Positions 7,438-14,535 of a DNA stretch of 20,863 nt are shown here, in pieces (within the stretch, counting starts at the first letter, position 1; every line of letters starts with the position of its first letter). The notes under the pieces were generated by a model, which was given only the letters and a program-made list of their open reading frames with translations, was not told the DNA's origin and searched no databases. The DNA comes from Ignavibacteria bacterium (GTDB taxonomy: Bacteria; Elusimicrobiota; Endomicrobiia; PHAN01), in NCBI GenBank assembly GCA_041694835.1, contig JBGFRZ010000075.1:1-20863 (forward strand). Direction: 5' to 3'. The position numbers and the translations under genes are program-made.

Positions 7438-7716
7438 TTACAGCCTTTTTCGCAAATGCGTTAGAAATTTATATAAAATCCATCAGGTCAACGCTCCAAA
7501 AAAAGCACTCATAAAATTCACCCTGTAAGCAACGTTTCCAAAGGGGATAAGCGAGACGAATATTTTTCCAATAAGCATATAGAGCGGATATCCGGAAGGG
7601 TGGGCGACACATAGGGTGAACGACGCTGAAATCAAATCGCCCGAGTCCCTGTAGGGAGATACTGAGGGATGAGGCGTAAATATGTAAAGAATCAGATGAG
7701 AAATAAAGTAAAGCAT
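7438..7716 (-). pseudogene. Truncated DUF2723 (TMEM260-like membrane glycosyltransferase) gene remnant
   Basis: LYIFTPHPSVSPYRDSGDLISASFTLCVAHPSGYPLYMLIGKIF...GNVAYRVNFMSAFFGALT matches the DSG(E/D)...HP(P/S)GYPLY...AYRVN N-terminal signature. There is an in-frame TGA at 7485-7483, then WILYKFLTHLRKRL* to 7438. Family members are normally several hundred aa. Confidence 0.75.
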
Positions 7717-7745
7717 ATTTTGATGCAGGGCACAAGAGCACAAGT

Positions 7746-7921
7746 CAGAGGACAGAGGACAGAGGATTAGTGGCTCGTGGTTCGTGGCTCGTTTCCGCCA
7801 GTCATCAGTCACCAGTCACCGGTCACCAGCTACTATTCGCTATTCCCTACTGCCTATTGCCTATTCCCCGCTGTTAAATATTGCCTGTTGCCTATTGCCT
7901 GTCGTATTTGCTATTCGCTAT
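7746..7921. repeat. Patchwork of different 7-nt tandem repeats
   Basis: (CAGAGGA)x3 at 7746-7766; GTGGCTC/GTGGTTC/GTGGCTC at 7770-7790; five CAGTCAC-like units at 7799-7833; five TATTSSC-like units at 7834-7868; TATTGCC/TGTTGCC/TATTGCC at 7879-7899; further TATTCGC-like units to about 7921. Confidence 0.9.
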
Positions 7922-7930
7922 TTTTTCTTT

Positions 7931-10915
7931 TTACTTCTTAATCCTTATCACCTTACACTCGTCTATATAAAAAAGAGAGCCTTCTACGGCTTGGGTGCCG
8001 TAAATCCGGCCGATGTTTCTCATGTAGTTTTTGAGCTGAAAGATATGTTTCTCTGAATACTCCTCGCCAGTTTTATATTCGATGATCTCCATGCCGCCAT
8101 CAAGAAATATTATTCGGTCTATTCTAAATTTTTCGCCTCCCGAACTCACGAATTCCACTTCATTCCTGCCGGCTTTCCCGAACCACTTCGACAATTCCAT
8201 TTTTTCCATAGCATTTAAAATAGTCGTCTTTATTTCATTTTTATCCCCATCGAATTTCATCTCAGCTGCCGAGTTGTTTATCAGCGATTCCAAAAAATAC
8301 GGGAATTCATCCAATGAATCTATCGTGTCTATCTTTGAAAGAATGTGATGGATGAAAACTCCCCTCTCGGAGCATCTCATCCTTTTGGCGTCCGTATAAT
8401 AATCTAAATCGACCTCTTCCTTTCTTATTCTTTCGCTCCAGTGCACCTTTGATTTAGAAGTCAATATCCCGCAGGGATTTTGAATCGCATCTTTGATTTT
8501 CCTGACGAATTCTGTTTCATCGCTGACGCCTATATTGCAGTTCTCAAACATGACGGTAAACGGATTCCTGTTGCGATCGCTTTCAAGCATATAGACATAA
8601 AGTTCGTCCGCGGCGCGAGTCATCCCCACATAAAGCGAGTTAAGGTCGTCGAGCAACTCTTCTTCCTCGTTTTCACACTGCATCTTTCTCAACTCGGCGG
8701 AAAAAATAAGATAGTCCTTTTTTATGTACCTCAAATCCAAAGTGCCATCTTTCACGACGTGTTTGTTTTCTTTTTTCTGGGCGGGCAGAAAAGGCAGCAC
8801 GACCACCGGATAACTCAGCCCCTTGGCTTTATGAATCGTGGATACGTTTACGGCATCAATGAACTTCGGCAGTACAACCTGAAACTCTTCCGGCTCGGCT
8901 TTTTGCCAGTGGTCGAGAAAGTTTATAAGCGAATTCTCCCTTAAGTTTTCCCGGTCTTTAAGAATCTCAAGCATCCTCATTATGAACGCATCGTGGCCGG
9001 GAAATTTTTTCTGTATATCGTATTTATCCAAAATCAATCGCACAATATCGTAAGGAGCAAGACGATTCGAAAGTTCGAGGATTTTCCCAATATATTCGTC
9101 GTAAACCGGGCCAAATCTCTCGGAGAACAAAATGTAAAGAGGTCGGCCGTCAAAAGAACCAAAAAGCCTTTTTTCTTCAAAAAAACTAAAAATTGCGCGT
9201 CTTTCAATTCCGGAAACAGCGCGAAAAATATCGCCGGAAACAAAAGACGCGAAAGAAAGATTGTCCGATGGCATTTCCAAAAAACCGAGGAATGAAATGA
9301 TTCCCCGGATAACCGAGTTTTCCCTCGCGCTCATAGTAATTTCCGAAACCACCGGATAGCTTTCCGCAAGAAGCCATGATGTGATTTTTCTCACCTCTTC
9401 GTTCTTTCTTACAAGAATCGCTATATCGCTGCGATTATATCTCGCGCACAAATCCGAAATCAGCGGTATTATGTTTTCTTTCGTCATCTCGTCGAGTTCT
9501 TCTTTGTTTTTTTCCGCAAAGAGCTTTTTGACAACCACACGGCCGCCACCCGGATCTTTCCGTCGAGACGCTTTCTGACATGCAGTGGTATATGAAGAAA
9601 GTCTGTTTTTGGCGAGACCGGTTTTGGCAAGATTTTCCATACTAAAAATTTTATTATTGAACTCGACAATCTTCTTCTTACTTCTGAAATTTCTGTCGAG
9701 AAGATAACCCTTTTTATTCTTGATGAGAAAGTCATTCTTGGCGATGTCGAAAAGACCCGCCTGTCCACCCCTAAATCGATAAAGCGCCTGCTTCTTGTCC
9801 CCCACATAAAACAAACTGCCACCTGAAGCGAGCGAGTTTTCAACAAGAGGAAATAGATTTTTCCACTGAATCTCGCTTGTATCCTGAAACTCGTCTATCA
9901 GATAGTGATTTATTTTTTCTCCAAGCATATAGTATATGGACGGCACAGAACCTTTTTTGATGTAATCGCTTACTTCCATGTTAAGATCCGATATAAAAAC
10001 TATTCTGCGGGCATGCTTGTACTCTTGAAGCTTTTCCTCGACGGCTCTGTATATGGATATGTAAGAACCAAGTCTGGTGCGGGATAGCAATTTGAAATAA
10101 TCGTCCATCTTTTTTCTCAACCGCGCGGGCATTTCCTCAAGTTGGGTTTCGGTTATTTTCTCAAAATCAAACTCTGTGGCTTTTCTGATTATCGACCCGG
10201 CTGTTCTGTTTTTCTTCAATGTTCCACCGTAATTTATCAAATCGTTTTTTATTTTTTCTCTCAAATCAACAAGTCTCTCAAGCGAGCCGCCCGATTTAAA
10301 CTTCAGTCCATATGTCTTTTCCTTCTCGTAAAGAAACTCTATATTTTTCAAGAACAACTTTTTGGGATTCCAGATGCCCGAGCTTTCGGTAGTCAGATAA
10401 GAAGTGATGAAATCATCGAAAATTCCCGATATGCGCGAGCCCGATTTCAGACCGGAGAGGACATCGTCAACCACATACTCTATGCATTCGGAAGGATTCA
10501 TCTCTATATCGTACCTCGGCGGCAGACCCATTTCCACGGATGAGGAGAGAGCCACGGTGTTTATGAAGCTGTCTATGGTCTGGACGTTGAAATCAAGGTA
10601 GTTCTCAAGTATCTCTCGAACAATCGTGATGGCATTTTTGGAGAGCTGCCTGTCGGAAAAGCGGGCGAGGTAGCCTGAATCGTCGTACTCTTTCAACTTT
10701 TTGATTGTTTTTTCATCCCCCTGAGACACTTTTTTCATCCAATCGAGGATTCTGTGTTTCATCTCGTTCACGGCATCGTTCGTGAAGGTTATGGCCAGTA
10801 CATTTCTGAAATTAAAGCCGGAAAGAATAAGAGTGACAAAGTGAAGCGTTAGCTGATAGGTCTTGCCGCTGCCCGCCGATGCCTCGAGTGTTTTTATCTG
10901 GGGTGATTTTGACAT
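7931..10915 (-). CDS. addA: AddA/RecB-like SF1 helicase with a C-terminal PD-(D/E)XK nuclease
   Basis: EASAGSGKT, AITFTN, TIDSF, IDEFQDTS, VGDKKQALYRFRGG, NFRS, TIHKAKGL and YVGMTRA; C-terminal RG...H...E...RIDR...IIEYKTG...QL..Y. The ATG at 10915 is preferred over the TTG at 10936. Confidence 0.88.
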   Translation of the reverse strand: MSKSPQIKTLEASAGSGKTYQLTLHFVTLILSGFNFRNVLAITFTNDAVNEMKHRILDWMKKVSQGDEKTIKKLKEYDDSGYLARFSDRQLSKNAITIVREILENYLDFNVQTIDSFINTVALSSSVEMGLPPRYDIEMNPSECIEYVVDDVLSGLKSGSRISGIFDDFITSYLTTESSGIWNPKKLFLKNIEFLYEKEKTYGLKFKSGGSLERLVDLREKIKNDLINYGGTLKKNRTAGSIIRKATEFDFEKITETQLEEMPARLRKKMDDYFKLLSRTRLGSYISIYRAVEEKLQEYKHARRIVFISDLNMEVSDYIKKGSVPSIYYMLGEKINHYLIDEFQDTSEIQWKNLFPLVENSLASGGSLFYVGDKKQALYRFRGGQAGLFDIAKNDFLIKNKKGYLLDRNFRSKKKIVEFNNKIFSMENLAKTGLAKNRLSSYTTACQKASRRKDPGGGRVVVKKLFAEKNKEELDEMTKENIIPLISDLCARYNRSDIAILVRKNEEVRKITSWLLAESYPVVSEITMSARENSVIRGIISFLGFLEMPSDNLSFASFVSGDIFRAVSGIERRAIFSFFEEKRLFGSFDGRPLYILFSERFGPVYDEYIGKILELSNRLAPYDIVRLILDKYDIQKKFPGHDAFIMRMLEILKDRENLRENSLINFLDHWQKAEPEEFQVVLPKFIDAVNVSTIHKAKGLSYPVVVLPFLPAQKKENKHVVKDGTLDLRYIKKDYLIFSAELRKMQCENEEEELLDDLNSLYVGMTRAADELYVYMLESDRNRNPFTVMFENCNIGVSDETEFVRKIKDAIQNPCGILTSKSKVHWSERIRKEEVDLDYYTDAKRMRCSERGVFIHHILSKIDTIDSLDEFPYFLESLINNSAAEMKFDGDKNEIKTTILNAMEKMELSKWFGKAGRNEVEFVSSGGEKFRIDRIIFLDGGMEIIEYKTGEEYSEKHIFQLKNYMRNIGRIYGTQAVEGSLFYIDECKVIRIKK

Positions 10916-10938
10916 CTTTTTACAGTTCGCAGACAAAA

Positions 10939-12120
10939 TTAAGACAGACCTATGTCGGATGGCGCCCGTCCAAGTGATTTTAGAAGCTCTATGACATCGG
11001 ATATGCGCTCGGCGATCTTCCTGCCGGAGGCTGCTCTTTGAGGATAAAGATAATAAAGCGATTGATACTCTTCGGGGGTTACATTTATCATGACGGAGTT
11101 CGCTCCCGAAAGGAGAGCCTTTTGAGCGGCATTTTTTCTATCAAGAGTTTCGGTGGCTGTAGTAACAAGTATCCGAGAGTCGGGATAAATTATTCTGGTC
11201 CTCGCTATAGTGTCCAAAACTAAATCGATAGGAGGGGCGTTAACTCCACAGAGGGGTGTGTCGGGGTTTGGAATAAGCGGTCCAAAAGAGAACATCTCGA
11301 CACCCATGGACGCCGTCGTTTTTATATCTTCCAATATATCTTTTTTCGACTGACCTGGAAGGCCAAGAAGAAATCCGCTGATTATCATATAACCGATATT
11401 TTTCAAACGACCAAGCAGCGAGAGCCTTTCTTCTAAATGGTGTCCCGGACGATATTTTTCGTATAAAGATGCGTTAGCGGTTTCAAATCTCATGAGAACC
11501 CCGCGGGCGCCAGAGTCGTAGAGCTTCTTGTATGTAGATATCTCGCGCTCGCCTATGCTTAAAACTATGAGGACCGGGTTTTTCTCCATTACCGTTTTCA
11601 CTATCGCCGCGAGTTTTTCATCGTCATAAAACGGATCTTCGCCGGATTGGAAAACAAGAGCCTTGAAGCCCAATTTATTTACGGCATAATCCGCAGCTGA
11701 GACGATATCTTCAATGCTCATTCTGTAACGGGACAAATTGACATTATCTTTTCTTAACCCGCAGTAAAGACAGTTGTTCCGGCAGTGGTTTGAAAACTCA
11801 ATTATCCCGTGAACACACGAAGAATTTCCTGTGTGTTCCCTGCGGAGCTTGTTGGCAATCTCTCTGATATTTTCCTTTTTTTCCGTAAGTCTGATATCCG
11901 TTTTGGCGAGTTCGTCGAAGAGATCCTTCCACGCCTCAATCGCCAGTTGCGCCTCTTTTTCTCCGACTTTCCTTATTACAAAGCCGCCTTGAGCGTAAAC
12001 ATAATCACCGACGGAAATCTCGTAAAAATCACTCCTGGCGCGCTTACGCTGACCGAAGTAATCAACCGTCGCAAAATTTTTTTCCACCTCTACGACTTTC
12101 CCGGGAATTGAATAACACAT
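10939..12120 (-). CDS. Fusion of a HypC/HybG/HupF chaperone domain and a HydE-like radical SAM enzyme (393 aa)
   Basis: The N-terminus MCYSIPGKVVEV...ATVDYFG...VGDYVYAQGGFVIRKV..KEA follows the HypC pattern MCxxIPxxV...VGDxV. It continues into IIEFSNHCRNNCLYCGLR (CX3CX2C), RYRM, QSGED, LSIGE, RFET, GLPGQS, FGPLIPNPDTPL, TTA, GANSVM and YYLY, typical of HydE. The start is set at the ATG at 12120 so that Cys is residue 2. Confidence 0.88.
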   Translation of the reverse strand: MCYSIPGKVVEVEKNFATVDYFGQRKRARSDFYEISVGDYVYAQGGFVIRKVGEKEAQLAIEAWKDLFDELAKTDIRLTEKKENIREIANKLRREHTGNSSCVHGIIEFSNHCRNNCLYCGLRKDNVNLSRYRMSIEDIVSAADYAVNKLGFKALVFQSGEDPFYDDEKLAAIVKTVMEKNPVLIVLSIGEREISTYKKLYDSGARGVLMRFETANASLYEKYRPGHHLEERLSLLGRLKNIGYMIISGFLLGLPGQSKKDILEDIKTTASMGVEMFSFGPLIPNPDTPLCGVNAPPIDLVLDTIARTRIIYPDSRILVTTATETLDRKNAAQKALLSGANSVMINVTPEEYQSLYYLYPQRAASGRKIAERISDVIELLKSLGRAPSDIGLS

Positions 12121-12172
12121 ATTATTGACTTGAGACCGATGACACTCCGCTAAAACCTTGCCACAAAGTAGG

Positions 12173-12708
12173 AATAGGACGCAGATTTTCGCAGATTTGA
12201 TAGATATTAAAAACATCTGCGCCAATCTTGTCAAAATCGGCATTTACCTGCGTCCAAAAATGAAGAAGCGGAGCAGAAATAGGACGCAGATTTTCGCAGA
12301 TGAGTTTATAGTTGCTTTAATCTGCGTTTATCAAAGTTGTTTCTGCGTTCATCTGCGTTCAATTATTTTTTAGGACGCAGATTTACAGGATTATCGCAGA
12401 TTAAAAACTTTACCGCGAAATCACGAAAATTAGAAATCACAAAATTCTTTACAAGTATTTTCGTGTTTTCGCGCTTTCGTGATTCAAATCTTTTTTCTTC
12501 TGCGTTCAAAAATAAAAAAGTGGTTGTAGAAATAGGACGCAGATTTTCGCAGACGAGTTTATAGTTGCTTTAATCTGCGTTTATCAAAGTTGTTTCTGCG
12601 TTCATCTGCGTTCAATTATTTTTTAGGACGCAGATTTTCATAGATTTGGTAGATATGCCAATTTTGTCAACATCGGCATTGAGCTGCGTCCAAAAATAAA
12701 AAAGCGGT
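12173..12708. repeat. Array of five self-complementary units (order A-B-C-B-A) between hydG and hypC-hydE
   Basis: TAGGACGCAGATTT begins at 12175, 12280, 12371, 12533 and 12624. The complementary CTGCGT(C/T)CAA begins at 12248, 12353, 12500, 12606 and 12684. Positions 12275-12384 and 12528-12637 form a 110-bp direct repeat with one mismatch (12301 T vs 12554 C). Confidence 0.92.
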
Positions 12709-12784
12709 TAATGAGTTTTAGTGAAGCTTCAACAATCCCGACTTACATAAAACGGTCTTAAGCCCGAAGATTATGGACTACGGC

Positions 12785-14179
12785 TTAAAAAAATTCGTCT
12801 CGCTTTCCGTCTTTTATATCCTTCAATTTTTTTTCTGTCTCTTTTTTTAGTGAAGCGTTTTTTATTTGATTTAAATACAACCCTATTAACTTATAGCCTT
12901 TCTCGTAAGTTTCTCGGCGCGAAAAATCCTCCAGATATTCGGCAAATGTAAGAAGTCCGTTCGGACGACAGTATTCGTGAATCTCTCCTGGTTTGGCAAG
13001 AGTCATGAAATCGCGCCCCGTCCGACCGCTTCTGTAGCATGCTGTGCAAAAACTCGGAAGCAATCCCTGCTCTATTATGTCGTCGACAACGGATGAAAGC
13101 GTTCTGTTGTCAGATACGGAAAACTGCGGCTCGCCGCCTGATTTCCCATAGCCGCCCACGGATGTGACCGAGCCGGCGGATGCCTGTGATATCCCTATAT
13201 GAAACGCTTTCATCCTTATCCATGGATTTTCCCTGGTGCTGATTATCATGCCAGTATAGGGGACGGCGAGCCTCAGCACCGCTATTATTTTCAGAAAATC
13301 ATCGTCGCTTACAGGTTCTTGAGGACTGAAAGGCGACACATTCGCTGATTTGAAGCGGGGAACAGATATCGTATGAGGGCCAACTCCGAATCTCTTTTCG
13401 AGATATGAGGCATGCTCTACAAGAGAAAGAACCTCGAACCTCCAATCATAAAGACCGAAAAGAACGCCGAGACCGACATCATCGATTCCCGCTTCAAAAG
13501 CCCTGTCGTGGGCCGTTATCTGTCTTTCATAGTTCGCTTTGGGGCCGCTGTGGAGCCGTGCATAAGTTCCGCGATGGTATGTTTCCTGAAAAAGTTGATA
13601 CGTGCCTATGCCGGATTTTTTAAGTTTCCGATAGTTCTCGACAGTGGTGGCAGCGATGTTGACATTGACCCTTCTTATACCATTGCCGTCTTTATCCACG
13701 GAATAAATGACTTTTATCGCTTCGGTTATATAATCCACGAGACACTCTTCCGACTCGCCGGCTTCAAGAAGCAATCTCTTGTGGCCGCTGGCGATAAGTA
13801 TCTCCGTCTGACGCGCGATCTCGTCAAGCGAAAGTTTCTTGCGGCGCAAATTTTCGTTTCTTTTGTGAAAGTTGCAGTATTCACAGTCGTTTGAGCAAAA
13901 ATCTGAAATATAAATTGGCGCGAAAAAAACTATACGTTCGCCGTAAATCTCCTTTTTGATTTCCGCCGCCGCATTAAAAAGTTCTTTCCTAAACTCTCTC
14001 CCTTCGGAATTAAGCAGTATCGCCGTTTCTTCCAAATTCAATCCTTTTTTCAAGCGCGCCTTTTCGAGGACTTTCGGCGCCGCATTATCGTACGGCTTAA
14101 GCGACTCGCGAAGTATTCGCTCGATTTTTTCCGCATTGACGATATCACAAACCGTGTTATTCAATTTTTTCACCTTCAA
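12785..14179 (-). CDS. hydG: [FeFe]-hydrogenase H-cluster radical SAM maturase HydG
   Basis: FAPIYISDFCSNDCEYC (CX3CX2C), GHKRLLLEAGE, IRRVNVNIAA, GIGTYQLFQETYH, GVGPHTISVPR (dangler-Fe His) and PSFCTAC-x22-C (auxiliary cluster CX2CX22C). The start could be the TTG at 14179 or the GTG at 14173. Confidence 0.95.
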   Translation of the reverse strand: MKVKKLNNTVCDIVNAEKIERILRESLKPYDNAAPKVLEKARLKKGLNLEETAILLNSEGREFRKELFNAAAEIKKEIYGERIVFFAPIYISDFCSNDCEYCNFHKRNENLRRKKLSLDEIARQTEILIASGHKRLLLEAGESEECLVDYITEAIKVIYSVDKDGNGIRRVNVNIAATTVENYRKLKKSGIGTYQLFQETYHRGTYARLHSGPKANYERQITAHDRAFEAGIDDVGLGVLFGLYDWRFEVLSLVEHASYLEKRFGVGPHTISVPRFKSANVSPFSPQEPVSDDDFLKIIAVLRLAVPYTGMIISTRENPWIRMKAFHIGISQASAGSVTSVGGYGKSGGEPQFSVSDNRTLSSVVDDIIEQGLLPSFCTACYRSGRTGRDFMTLAKPGEIHEYCRPNGLLTFAEYLEDFSRRETYEKGYKLIGLYLNQIKNASLKKETEKKLKDIKDGKRDEFF

Positions 14180-14525
14180 CGCTTATAATTTTTATGTCGT
14201 TTCCGCCCGCGAGAGCCAAATACGCGCCCTTGCAGACCTGGCATTCTTTTAAAATTATGCTTACTTCGGCAAAATCTTTTGTTACTTTTGCGCCGCAGGA
14301 TTTACATATCAGATACGGCTCTTCCGTCTCAATAATCACGTCCGCTCCCGAAAATTCGCCTCCTTCGAATAAATGGTCGCGAAATGAATGGATAAGGAAA
14401 TCGGGAGCTATCCCCGACGCTTTGCCTATGGAAAGTTTTATCATAGATACTTTTTTTATATTTTTTTGGGTCGCGATCTTTTTTAATTTTCTGAATATTT
14501 CCGTAGCACATGCAAGCTCGTGCAT
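14157..14525 (-). CDS. hypA: Hydrogenase nickel incorporation protein HypA/HybF
   Basis: MHE N-terminal Ni motif when started at the ATG at 14525 (GAGG about 10 nt upstream), IG..SG, two CxxC motifs (CKSC, CQVC), and a C-terminal GG.DIKIISVE. Confidence 0.92.
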   Translation of the reverse strand: MHELACATEIFRKLKKIATQKNIKKVSMIKLSIGKASGIAPDFLIHSFRDHLFEGGEFSGADVIIETEEPYLICKSCGAKVTKDFAEVSIILKECQVCKGAYLALAGGNDIKIISVEGEKIE

Positions 14526-14535
14526 AGTGATTGCC

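Noticed and set aside
7483-7485. TGA recoding (alternative genetic code or selenocysteine) in the DUF2723 frame
   Set aside because: TGA acts as a normal stop at coupled junctions elsewhere (3622, 4206, 15481), and the frame ends at a TAA 15 codons later anyway.
10939-11900. Biotin synthase BioB or PylB
   Set aside because: IEFSNxC, RYRM, GANxxM and the late YxxY motif, plus adjacency to hydG, favour HydE; no bio or pyl genes are present. A phylogeny is still needed for certainty.
12121-12243. 41-aa N-terminal extension of the HypC-HydE ORF given in the ORF track
   Set aside because: It runs into the repeat array and would bury the HypC Cys, which must be residue 2; the ATG at 12120 is preferred.
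12173-12708. CRISPR array
   Set aside because: Periods are irregular (91-162 nt), the intervening sequences are themselves repeated (B twice, A twice) and self-complementary rather than unique spacers, and no cas1/cas2 or effector genes are present.
12785-14179. ThiH (thiamine biosynthesis tyrosine lyase)
   Set aside because: The C-terminal CX2CX22C extension and the GPHTISVPR His are HydG features absent from ThiH; there are no thi genes nearby.
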